DNA of 64,000 bases from Candidatus Pacearchaeota archaeon (GTDB taxonomy: Archaea; Nanobdellota; Nanobdellia; Pacearchaeales; GW2011-AR1). The DNA lies in NCBI GenBank assembly GCA_041648455.1, contig JBAZOZ010000001.1, positions 7,823 through 71,822 of the forward strand. The letters are read 5' to 3'. The translations under genes were made by a program, and so were the position numbers. This document shows, piece after piece, positions 39,135 to 46,744 of this stretch (position 1 is its first letter; each line of letters begins with the position of its first letter). Below the pieces are notes generated by a model. The model had not been told where the DNA came from. It saw nothing but the letters and a program-made list of their open reading frames with translations, and made no database searches.

Positions 39135-39265
39135 TGAAAATAAGAAATTTTCAAACATGTCAGAAATCCTCACGAAAAGGGATTTCTGAACACCTTCCAA
39201 ATTTTACAATTTGGAAGTTTAAACACTTACGCTACACGGCGTCACGGAACCGTGTTCAAATATGA
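39131..39265 (+). ncRNA. ~135-nt three-hairpin intergenic element (type B); also readable as a 44-codon ORF ending in ATGA with rpoF
   Basis: Hairpins at 39160-39188 (10-bp stem), 39194-39217 (10-bp stem) and 39232-39256. Homologous to 40176..40301 with compensatory base changes. Confidence 0.45.
39218..39261 (+). promoter_or_regulatory. palindromic box TTTAAACAC...ACACGGCGTCAC...CCGTGTTCAAATA (copy 2 of 3), abutting the rpoF ATG
   Basis: Same motif as 24136..24180 and 40253..40297. Confidence 0.5.
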
Positions 39266-39567
39266 TAAAAAATGCTGAGCCAGTGAGCATGGCTGAATCG
39301 CTTGAATATGTCAAGGAAGACAAAGAAGGCAACGCAGAGATAATTGGATTTATAAAAAAATTCACTGCATTAAAATCTAAGGAAGCGAAGGAATTCAGAA
39401 AAAAAATTCAGGATTTAAATTTAATAAAAGTCAAACAAGATTATGTTGTAAAGATAATTGATTTAATGCCTGAAAGTACAGAAGAATTAAATAAAATTTT
39501 TGTCGATGTGAGTTTAGATGAGGATGAGTCAAAAAAAATACTTGAAATTATCAAAGAATTCAAATAA
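39262..39567 (+). CDS. rpoF: DNA-directed RNA polymerase subunit F (Rpo4/Rpb4-like)
   Basis: 101 aa, acidic. Sits in the conserved archaeal neighbourhood L21e-RpoF-DUF655. LSEAK...ELNKI helical pattern. Confidence 0.55.
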   Translation: MIKNAEPVSMAESLEYVKEDKEGNAEIIGFIKKFTALKSKEAKEFRKKIQDLNLIKVKQDYVVKIIDLMPESTEELNKIFVDVSLDEDESKKILEIIKEFK

Positions 39568-39635
39568 TGAAAAAATAGATTTTTTCAATCTATTCAAATT
39601 TAAAAATAGAAATCCAAAATTTAAATATAAAAAAA

Positions 39636-40172
39636 ATGGAAAAAGAAGAATATGCAATAGTGCTAGAATATTTACTAAATGGTTATCCGCTAGAAAGAAA
39701 AATGATGCCCATAGTCCAGGCAATAGGAGAAAAGAATTTGATTCTTCTAGAATTAGTTCCGAGAAAAGGAATTTCTTTAGAAATTGGTGAAAAGGTTTAT
39801 ATAGGAGAAGGTAAGAGAGATAAAATATATTATATCCTTGGAAGACTTCATAGAGAAAAACTCACAGAGCAAGCGAAGGAACAATTACAGGAATTTATTG
39901 CAAAAACAATTAGCGAAAATGAAAAAAAATTTATTGAGTTTTATAACAAATCGGAAGCGATAAATAAGAGAGTTCATCAGATAGAATTGATTCCCGGAAT
40001 GGGTAAAAAACATATGCAAGAAATTATAAAGGAAAGAGAAAATAAGGAATTTGAAAGTTTTGACGAAATGAGAAATAGAATTCCTAATTTGCCCGACCCA
40101 GAAAAAGCAATAGAAAAAAGAATAGTACAAGAACTAATAAATATGGAGAGATTCAATCTTTTTGTAAGATAA
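39636..40172 (+). CDS. DUF655-family HhH nucleic-acid-binding protein
   Basis: EEYAIVLEYLLNGYP...PIVQAIGEKNLILLEL...ELIPGMGKKHMQEIIKERENKEFESFDEMRNRIP matches DUF655 (LDyLp.G......p.vqaiGe..f.lLE...H.LeLLPGIGkK). Confidence 0.75.
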   Translation: MEKEEYAIVLEYLLNGYPLERKMMPIVQAIGEKNLILLELVPRKGISLEIGEKVYIGEGKRDKIYYILGRLHREKLTEQAKEQLQEFIAKTISENEKKFIEFYNKSEAINKRVHQIELIPGMGKKHMQEIIKERENKEFESFDEMRNRIPNLPDPEKAIEKRIVQELINMERFNLFVR

Positions 40173-40175
40173 AAA

Positions 40176-40301
40176 ATGAAAATAAGAAATTTTCAATCAC
40201 GTCAGAAATCCTCTAGATTTCTGAACGCCATCCAAATTGTGAAATTTGGATGTTTAAACACCCACACAACACGGCGTCACAGACCCGTGTTTAAATAAAA
40301 T
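40176..40301 (+). ncRNA. ~126-nt three-hairpin intergenic element (type C), paralog of 39131..39265; also readable as a 40-codon ORF
   Basis: Same first 21 nt (ATGAAAATAAGAAATTTTCAA). Hairpins TCAGAAATC/GATTTCTGA and CATCCAAATT/AATTTGGATG. Confidence 0.45.
40253..40297 (+). promoter_or_regulatory. palindromic box TTTAAACAC...ACACGGCGTCAC...CCGTGTTTAAATA (copy 3 of 3), abutting the rps13 ATG
   Basis: See 24136..24180. Confidence 0.5.
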
Positions 40302-40800
40302 GGAAATAAAAAACCAACTCGTAGAGGCAAGAGAGGATAGGGTAGTTAGAATTATGTCAAAAGATATAGAAGGTAAAATGAGTGTTTATTCTGGATTAGC
40401 AAAAATAAAAGGAATTTCATGGGGTTTTTCAAATGCAATATGTAATTCATTAGGACTTGATAAAAAAAGAAAAATTGGGTTGTTAAGTACAGAAGAAATA
40501 AATAAAATTTCTGAATTTATAAAAAATCCGAAAGTTCCACCATTTTTATTAAATAGAAGAAAAGATTTTCAATCTGGAGAAGACATACACCTAAATGGGA
40601 GCAATCTTGAATTACAACAAGAATTCGATATTAAAAGATTGAAGAAAATAAAAAGTTATCGTGGTTTAAGACACATGAGTAACCTTCCCGTAAGAGGACA
40701 AAGAACAAAAAGTCATTTTAGAAAAAATAGAAGAAAAGGAAGTGGAATTAAAAAGAAAGCGAAGAAAGAAGGAGAGGTAAAAAAATATGAAAAAAATTGA
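40300..40800 (+). CDS. rps13: 30S ribosomal protein S13
   Basis: VVRIMSKDIEGKMSVYSGLAKIKGI...IKSYRGLRHMSNLPVRGQRTKSHFRKNRRKG follows the S13 consensus. Confidence 0.9.
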   Translation: MEIKNQLVEAREDRVVRIMSKDIEGKMSVYSGLAKIKGISWGFSNAICNSLGLDKKRKIGLLSTEEINKISEFIKNPKVPPFLLNRRKDFQSGEDIHLNGSNLELQQEFDIKRLKKIKSYRGLRHMSNLPVRGQRTKSHFRKNRRKGSGIKKKAKKEGEVKKYEKN

Positions 40801-40888
40801 AAATTTTTTGCCTCTTAAACTTGGGAAAAGTTCAAAATACAGAAAATCAGGAAAATTTTCTGTCTCATTAAAAATAGGAAATTTTTAA
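40787..40888 (+). other. 33-codon mini-ORF / repeat unit (MKKIENFLPLKLGKSSK...KIGNF) between rps13 and rps4
   Basis: Starts inside the last codons of rps13 (+1 frame). Ends 1 nt before the rps4 ATG. Confidence 0.35.
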
Positions 40889-40889
40889 G

Positions 40890-41369
40890 ATGAAAAGAAA
40901 GCATAAATTATATTCTAGGCCGAAAAGACCTTTTGATAAAAAAAGAATTGAAGAAGAGGCAAAGATAAAGGAAGAATTTGGCCTAAAAAATAAAAAGGAA
41001 ATTTGGAAAACCGAGGCTAAAGTAAAATTAATAAGAGAAAGAGCGAAAAGAATTATACATACAAATCAAGATGAACAAAAAAGTTTTTTTAATAGATTAA
41101 ATAAAATCGGAATAAAGGCAAATTCAATTGCAGATGTTTTATCCTTAGATAAAAAAGATTATCTAAAAAGAAGGTTACAGACAATTGTGTTTAGAAGGAA
41201 ATTAGCAAATACAATAAAACACGCAAGACAGATGATTGTTCACAAAAATGTTTTAGTTGATGGAAGAGTGATTAATTCTCCTTCTTATATTGTTCCAATT
41301 GAATTAGAAAACAAAATAAATTTAAAAAAGAAAAACAAAAAAATAAATTCTGAGGAAATTAAAAAATAA
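40890..41369 (+). CDS. rps4: 30S ribosomal protein S4
   Basis: MKRKHKLYSRPKRPFDKKRIEEE... with S4 domain (LDKKDYLKRRLQTIVFRRKLANTIKHARQMIVHKNVLVDGRVINSPSYIV). Confidence 0.85.
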   Translation: MKRKHKLYSRPKRPFDKKRIEEEAKIKEEFGLKNKKEIWKTEAKVKLIRERAKRIIHTNQDEQKSFFNRLNKIGIKANSIADVLSLDKKDYLKRRLQTIVFRRKLANTIKHARQMIVHKNVLVDGRVINSPSYIVPIELENKINLKKKNKKINSEEIKK

Positions 41370-41370
41370 A

Positions 41371-41793
41371 ATGGATGAAGAAGATAAGATAGAAAATGAA
41401 GCAATAAAGAAGAAAAAGAAAGATATTGAAGCAATAGTGCATATTTATACATCATTTAATAATACAATTGCCCATGTTACAGATATGTCGGGTAAAACAA
41501 TTGCGAAAGTTACGGGAGGGCAAATCACAAAGCATGACAGATTAAAAGCTAATCCAACAATTGCTATGTTTATTGCAAAAAGAATTTCAGAGATTATAAA
41601 AGAATCTGGAATTAATTCATTGTATGTTAGAATTAGAGCGAAGACAGGAAATCCTGCTCCCGGACCTGGCGCTCATGCAATAGTAAAAAGTTTGTCGAGA
41701 GAGGGATTTAAAATTTTGAATATATCTGACACAACTCGAATGAAGCGTGGGGGGCCAAAGAAAAAAGGGGGTAGAAGAGGCAGAAGACCATAA
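41371..41793 (+). CDS. rps11: 30S ribosomal protein S11
   Basis: AIVHIYTSFNNTIAHVTDMSG...ALYVRIRAKTGNPAPGPGAHAIVKSLSREGFKI follows the S11 consensus. Confidence 0.9.
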   Translation: MDEEDKIENEAIKKKKKDIEAIVHIYTSFNNTIAHVTDMSGKTIAKVTGGQITKHDRLKANPTIAMFIAKRISEIIKESGINSLYVRIRAKTGNPAPGPGAHAIVKSLSREGFKILNISDTTRMKRGGPKKKGGRRGRRP

Positions 41794-41823
41794 GTTTAAG
41801 AATAAAGATTAATAAAAATTAAA

Positions 41824-42111
41824 ATGGATAAAAATCAAAGGAAAATTGTTGAAGGACTAACATTATTAGTTGATATAAATTTAAATGAAGTTGAGCTCGT
41901 GCTTAAAAAATATTTTAAAGACATCCCTATTTGCGAGGATGGACCAAATATCTCTGAATTATATCTAGCATCAGAAGTATTAAATGTTATTGATGGTGTT
42001 TCATACTTTCCAAAAATGGAAAGAGAAAGGTTAAATAAAAGATATTGTGATTTATCTGACAATGCTCATCAAAAACATATTCGAAGTGTTCGTATGGAGG
42101 TTACTGCTTAA
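41824..42111 (+). CDS. hypothetical 95-aa protein inserted between rps11 and rpoD
   Basis: ORF with good coding periodicity. No recognisable motif. Confidence 0.35.
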   Translation: MDKNQRKIVEGLTLLVDINLNEVELVLKKYFKDIPICEDGPNISELYLASEVLNVIDGVSYFPKMERERLNKRYCDLSDNAHQKHIRSVRMEVTA

Positions 42112-42117
42112 ATTACA

Positions 42118-42822
42118 ATGAAACTAATAAATAAAAAAAATAATCAAATTGTTTTCAGGGCAGAAATTGGAGAGACAATAGCTAACTCTATAAGAAGATA
42201 TCTAAATGAAATTCCTATTCTTGCAGTTGACGAAGTTGAAATTTTCAAGAACGATTCTCCACTTTACGATGAAACTATTGCCCATAGAATTGGTTTTATT
42301 CCATTAAAAATGGAAAAAGCATCTAAAGAAGAAAATTTAAAATTAGTCTCCAAAAAAGAGGGGATTGTTTATTCCGGAGAAATGCATGGAGCAATAAAAC
42401 CAGTTTATGACAAGATACCAATAACTTCATTAAATAAAGGACAAGAAATGGAAATTATCGCAAATACCAAATTTGGAAAGGGGAAAGAACATTCAAAATT
42501 TTCTCCGGGATTAATGTTTTACAGAAATGTTTTGGAGATAAAAATGGATAAGAATTTCCAAGATAAAATAAAAAGAGTTTGTCAGAATTCAGAGATTAAG
42601 GAAAAAGGAGACAAGATAATTATTATTGATGATAAAGAAAAAGAGATTTGTGATGTTTGCGAGGGTATTTGTGAAAAAGTTGGAAAGAAAGCAGAAGTAG
42701 AAATTAAAGATGAATTGATAATCACACTGGAATCTTTTGGACAATTGAGTGTTGAAGAAATTTTTAAGAAAGCTGTTGATGAATTGAAGAAAGACCTTTC
42801 CGATATTTCTAAAAAGATATAA
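42118..42822 (+). CDS. rpoD: DNA-directed RNA polymerase subunit D (Rpo3/Rpb3)
   Basis: ANSIRRYLNEIPILAVDEVEIFKNDSPLYDETIAHRIGFIPLK matches the RpoD dimerisation domain. Cys-rich insert (CDVCEGICEK). Confidence 0.85.
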   Translation: MKLINKKNNQIVFRAEIGETIANSIRRYLNEIPILAVDEVEIFKNDSPLYDETIAHRIGFIPLKMEKASKEENLKLVSKKEGIVYSGEMHGAIKPVYDKIPITSLNKGQEMEIIANTKFGKGKEHSKFSPGLMFYRNVLEIKMDKNFQDKIKRVCQNSEIKEKGDKIIIIDDKEKEICDVCEGICEKVGKKAEVEIKDELIITLESFGQLSVEEIFKKAVDELKKDLSDISKKI

Positions 42823-42886
42823 AAGATAGTTCTAAAGAAATTGAAGTTATGAAAAGATTATTAAATAAGATTTTATTAGATTAATT

Positions 42887-43123
42887 ATGAATTTTAAACT
42901 AACATTGTGGAAAAGTATTGTTTCTTTAATTATAGGATTAATTGTAGATTTTTGGGTTAACTTTTATACTATCTGTCTAACAATAGTTGGACCTGCTGTT
43001 GGAAAAGGTAAATGCTCAACTACTTTTGAAGCAATGTCTAGTGTATCTGGAATAATCATAGTTATTATTGTATCTATAATCATTTATTTTATCTGGAGCT
43101 TATTTGAAAAGAAGAGAAAATGA
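42887..43123 (+). CDS. small 2-TM membrane protein (paralog 1 of tandem pair)
   Basis: MNFKLTLWKSIVSLIIGLIV...IWSLFEKKRK. Stop overlaps the next start. Confidence 0.4.
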   Translation: MNFKLTLWKSIVSLIIGLIVDFWVNFYTICLTIVGPAVGKGKCSTTFEAMSSVSGIIIVIIVSIIIYFIWSLFEKKRK

Positions 43124-43350
43124 ACTTTAAACCGACATTGTGGAAGAGTGTTGTTTCTACATTGATTGGATTTATTGCTAAAATATTATTCATTTTTATT
43201 TATACTATTTCATCAGTTAAAGGTGCTGTAGAGCATAATTCTTTAATTTATAAATTAGGGGTATATGATGTCAAATTTCCAGAAATTTTTATAATTACAA
43301 TTGCATTAATAGTTTATATCATCTGGAGTTTATTTCAAAAGAAAAAGTAA
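43120..43350 (+). CDS. small 2-TM membrane protein (paralog 2 of tandem pair)
   Basis: MNFKPTLWKSVVSTLIGFIA...IWSLFQKKK. About 45% identical to the preceding ORF. Confidence 0.4.
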   Translation: MNFKPTLWKSVVSTLIGFIAKILFIFIYTISSVKGAVEHNSLIYKLGVYDVKFPEIFIITIALIVYIIWSLFQKKK

Positions 43351-43405
43351 TCCCATCTAATAGAAGGTTTTTTAAGATATTTATTTCTTGTATTTTTGTT
43401 GTTTA

Positions 43406-43489
43406 GGCGGGCGTGCCGGAGTGGTCAAACGGAGCAGACTCAAAATCTGTTAGCTTAGTGCTTGCGAAGGTTCGAATCCTTTCGCCCGC
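43406..43489 (+). tRNA. tRNA-Leu (anticodon CAA)
   Basis: GCGGGCGTGCCGGAGTGGTCAAACGGAGCAGACTCAAAATCTGT...GGTTCGAATCCTTTCGCCCGCA. Loop CUCAAAA. Long variable arm. Confidence 0.85.
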
Positions 43490-43601
43490 ATTTTTATTTC
43501 ATCATTTTAAAAACGAAGATTTTATAAACCATTTTCCTCTTGAATTTTTATCTGCGAGTTAACGCGTTCAGCAGAGAAAAATATTTCTCTGTTTATTTAA
43601 A

Positions 43602-43970
43602 ATGAAATCAAAAACCAGAATAGAAAAACAAACAAAAAGAAAAACAAATCCCAATTTAGTTGAAACTATTAGAAATGCTAGAAAAAATAAAAAATGGCTA
43701 GAAGTGGCTGGTTTGCTTTCCAATTCAAGAAAAAAAAGGGCAGAAATTAATTTGGACAGAATAAATAAGGAAGCAAAAGAAGGAGATATTGTTGTCGTTC
43801 CGGGAAAAGTTTTGTCTCAAGGGGAATTAACTAAAAAAATAAAGATTATAGCATTTGGTTTTTCAGAAAATGCAAGGGAAAAGATATTAAAATCAAAAAG
43901 TGAATTAAATTATATCTATGACGAAATTAAGAAAAATCCAGAAGCGAAAGGAGTTAAGATTTTAAAATGA
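43602..43970 (+). CDS. rpl18e: 50S ribosomal protein L18e
   Basis: KTNPNLVETIRNARKNKKWLEVAGLLSNSRKKRAEINLDRIN...VVVPGKVLSQGEL matches L18e. Confidence 0.85.
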   Translation: MKSKTRIEKQTKRKTNPNLVETIRNARKNKKWLEVAGLLSNSRKKRAEINLDRINKEAKEGDIVVVPGKVLSQGELTKKIKIIAFGFSENAREKILKSKSELNYIYDEIKKNPEAKGVKILK

Positions 43971-44020
43971 AAAAAACAAGAAATTTTTCACTTTTTCAAA
44001 ATAGGAAATTTTTAAAATGA
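43967..44020 (+). other. 17-codon mini-ORF / repeat unit (MKKTRNFSLFQNRKFLK) bridging rpl18e and rpl13 by two ATGA overlaps
   Basis: ATG at 43967 overlaps the rpl18e TGA. TGA at 44018 overlaps the rpl13 ATG at 44017. Confidence 0.4.
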
Positions 44021-44406
44021 AAATAATTGATGGAACAAATGCTATATTGGGAAGGCTTGCGAGTTATGCTGCGAAAGAGGCGCTAAAGGGTGAAGAATTA
44101 GTAATCTTAAATTGTGAGAAAATTATAATCACAGGAAATAAAAAAAATATTGAGAAAGAATTTCAGGAAAAACGAGATCGTGTGGGTAGTGGACAGAAAG
44201 GACCGAAAATTTCAAGATCATCGGATAAGATTGTTAAAAGAACCATAAGGGGCATGGTTGCACATAGATATAAAAGAGGTAAAGATGCACTAAAAAAAAT
44301 AAGATGTTATGTTGGAGTCCCAAAAGAATTTGAAAACCAGAAAAAAATAATAGCTGGAAAAGAAAAACCAATTAAATTTATTAGTGTAGAAGGCATTTCA
44401 AAATGA
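44017..44406 (+). CDS. rpl13: 50S ribosomal protein L13
   Basis: MKIIDGTNAILGRLASYAAKEALKGEELVILNCEKIIITG...KRTIRGMVAHRYKRGKDALKKIRCYVGVP matches the L13 consensus. Confidence 0.9.
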   Translation: MKIIDGTNAILGRLASYAAKEALKGEELVILNCEKIIITGNKKNIEKEFQEKRDRVGSGQKGPKISRSSDKIVKRTIRGMVAHRYKRGKDALKKIRCYVGVPKEFENQKKIIAGKEKPIKFISVEGISK

Positions 44407-44504
44407 AAAAAATACAAAAATCAGAGATTTTTGTCCTTACAAAACAGGAAATTTTGAAAGTAGGAAATTTTTTACCTTTTAAACTTAGGAAAAATTCAAA
44501 ATGA
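44403..44504 (+). other. 33-codon mini-ORF / repeat unit (MKKIQKSEIFVLTKQEILKVGNFLPFKLRKNSK)
   Basis: ATG overlaps the rpl13 TGA. Its TGA overlaps the next mini-ORF ATG at 44501. Confidence 0.4.
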
Positions 44505-44602
44505 AAAAAACAAAAAGTTTTTTATCTTTTACAGAAATTTCTAATTTCTGTTCTTACAAAACAAGAAGTTTTGAAAGTAAAAACAGGAAGTTTTCAAAAT
44601 GA
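44501..44602 (+). other. 33-codon mini-ORF / repeat unit (MKKTKSFLSFTEISNFCSYKTRSFESKNRKFSK)
   Basis: TGA at 44600 overlaps the rps9 ATG at 44599. Confidence 0.4.
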
Positions 44603-45003
44603 ATGAAAAAATATTTACTTCTGGGAAAAGAAAAACTGCTGTTGCAAGGGCGAGAATTTTAGAAGGTAGTGGAAAAATTAAAATAAATAACAAAAACTAT
44701 TTATCTCTTCAAAAATTTGATAGGCTGAAGATAGAAGAACCGATAAGAATTGCGGAAAGAGTTCTTGGAAAAAAGAATTTTGATGTTTTCATAAATGTGC
44801 GTGGTGGTGGAGAAAAAAGCCAGATTGAGGCTGCTAGATTGGCTTTGGCTAGGGCAATATTAAAATATACAAATAACGACAAATTAAGAGATGCTTATAA
44901 CGATTACGATTGGTCTTTATTGGTAGCTGATGTAAGAAGAAAAGAGCCTTACAAGCCCGGAGATTCTAAAGCAAGAAGTAAAAGGCAGACGAGTTATAGA
45001 TAA
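44599..45003 (+). CDS. rps9: 30S ribosomal protein S9
   Basis: FTSGKRKTAVARARILEGSGKIKINN...RRKEPYKPGDSKARSKRQTSYR. The S9 C-terminus ends in the conserved basic tail. Confidence 0.9.
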   Translation: MNEKIFTSGKRKTAVARARILEGSGKIKINNKNYLSLQKFDRLKIEEPIRIAERVLGKKNFDVFINVRGGGEKSQIEAARLALARAILKYTNNDKLRDAYNDYDWSLLVADVRRKEPYKPGDSKARSKRQTSYR

Positions 45004-45310
45004 TTAAGAATTTTTCTTGATATAGTAAAGTAAACCCTGAAACTTAACATAAAAGACTATCTTAAAATATAACTCAATCATCGGAAAATTAAATGAATAA
45101 TAAATTACTATTTTCCAATAATTTCGCTACTCCTATCGTCGCAAATTGATAAAATTAAACTAATGATAAAAACATCGCCGATAATTATAATTAAAAGTTG
45201 TTTCTTCAATTATCAATCTAAAAAATATTACGAGTGAAGACGAGTGTAAAATGTTAAGTTATGAACTTGACTTAACAAATAGCAAAGTTATTAAATAATA
45301 TTTTAGTTAG

Positions 45311-45769
45311 TTGATTATGAAAAAAGAGAATAAAAGAGGTTTATTAAAAAAATCTAAAGTTCGAAGAGAAGCCCTAAGTCGTGCAGATATATCTCTTAAC
45401 GAAGGAAATGCGTGTTTGGAATCTGCTGAAAAAATGTCGAAATATGCAGAGGATTCTGAATCAAAAAATGAAAGAAATAAATTTCTTAGTAGAGCCAAAA
45501 GCTATCATAAAAAAGCAGATAGTTATATTAATGCCGCCAAAAAATATGAAAGGGTTGGTAGTGGTGAAGGTGCATTTAAAATAGGAAATTTAAAAAAAAC
45601 AGCTTCAGCATTAACAGCAATTATTGGTATTCTTATTGGGTTTTTTATATTGGCACCACAAATTAATGGAGCAGTTATTGGAGTTGTTAATTCTTCTCAA
45701 AGTTTTTTAGGAGTTATTGCTCTTTTTATTGGATTTATTGGAATGTACTTATTTTTTAAGAAGAAATAG
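45311..45769 (+). CDS. membrane protein with N-terminal basic/coiled region and two C-terminal TM helices
   Basis: 152 aa. Function unknown. Confidence 0.35.
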   Translation: MIMKKENKRGLLKKSKVRREALSRADISLNEGNACLESAEKMSKYAEDSESKNERNKFLSRAKSYHKKADSYINAAKKYERVGSGEGAFKIGNLKKTASALTAIIGILIGFFILAPQINGAVIGVVNSSQSFLGVIALFIGFIGMYLFFKKK

Positions 45770-45834
45770 TTAATTATTAGACTTATTCTTGAAATCATGG
45801 AAAGATTTTTAAACTAAAAAAGAGTTAATAATAT

Positions 45835-46137
45835 ATGGGTAAGGGATTAGCAATAACTGGATTTATACTTTCATTAATTTCTTTGATTATTTCTTCGATT
45901 TTGTTTTTTGCGGCATTATCTATAAATTCGAATTGGGGGTTTATTGGTCTTAGTTTTATGGAGTCTAGTTTTATTTTAGTTATAGTTTTGATAAATTTAT
46001 TATTAGCTATTATTGGATTTATTATAAATTTGATTGTTTTAATAAAGAAATTGGAAGGAAAAAGTTTTGCTATTGTGGGGATAATTTTTAATCTTTTAAT
46101 GGTGATGTCGAACCTTATTCCTCCAATTGCCAATTAG
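45835..46137 (+). CDS. small 3-TM membrane protein
   Basis: 100 aa, highly hydrophobic. Confidence 0.35.
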   Translation: MGKGLAITGFILSLISLIISSILFFAALSINSNWGFIGLSFMESSFILVIVLINLLLAIIGFIINLIVLIKKLEGKSFAIVGIIFNLLMVMSNLIPPIAN

Positions 46138-46149
46138 ATTATAATTATT

Positions 46150-46686
46150 CTATAATTTTTTACTCAATCTTTCAAGTTTATTCTGAACGTGATTAAATAG
46201 GGTGGATGATACTATAGGTTGATGATTGCCGGGATGAATCATGCCGTTAAATTTTATCTTTCCTATATAGGTAAAGTTTTTTAATATTTTCTTTAATCCG
46301 TTAACCGAAAAAGTGTGTTTCTTTGCTAATTGGGTTAAACTTATATTTGTTGTGAGAAATTCTTCGAAAATCTCTTCAACTTCCCTATAGTTTTCAGCAG
46401 GAATAAGTCTCCCTTTTTCTATTTTATAGCCGAAAGGGACTCTGGACATTAATTCACCCTTCTGGGCTTTTTGAATCATCCCTTTTTTCTGGTTCTCTCC
46501 AAAAAAAACCAAGTGTTTTCTAAATGTCTCTAACATAACTCCATCAACCTTTTCATTAAGATATTCCTTAAAAGAATCTTCATTATCTGGAGCAAATTTA
46601 AAGCAAATAACACAAAGGGGGTGGTTATATTTCATTTTTGTCTCACATTCATAACCACATTTTGAACATTTTGTTTTTTCTGACAT
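46150..46686 (-). CDS. zinc-ribbon + 'Recombinase'-domain protein lacking a resolvase catalytic domain
   Basis: N-terminal CSKCGYEC...CVIC. C-terminal VPFGYKIEKGRLIPAENYREVEEIFEEFL...SLTQLAKKHTFSVNGLKKILKNFTYIGKIKFNGMIHPGNHQPIVSSTLFNHVQNKL follows the serine-recombinase 'Recombinase' (PF07508-like) pattern. Confidence 0.45.
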   Translation of the reverse strand: MSEKTKCSKCGYECETKMKYNHPLCVICFKFAPDNEDSFKEYLNEKVDGVMLETFRKHLVFFGENQKKGMIQKAQKGELMSRVPFGYKIEKGRLIPAENYREVEEIFEEFLTTNISLTQLAKKHTFSVNGLKKILKNFTYIGKIKFNGMIHPGNHQPIVSSTLFNHVQNKLERLSKKL

Positions 46687-46744
46687 TTTGAAAATTTTGT
46701 TTCTTTAATTTTGAGATATCCAAGAATTCTTAATTCTTGGTATT

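Noticed and set aside
39131-39190. C/D-box sRNA hypothesis for element B (ATGATGA ... CTGA)
   Set aside because: The C-box-like ATGATGA is not conserved in paralog C, which has ATGAAAA. No C' or D' boxes are at proper spacing. The hairpin covariation explanation fits better.
39518-39790. 90-aa ORF spanning the rpoF 3' end and the DUF655 start
   Set aside because: It overlaps two well-supported genes out of frame and has an Arg/Lys-rich low-complexity translation.
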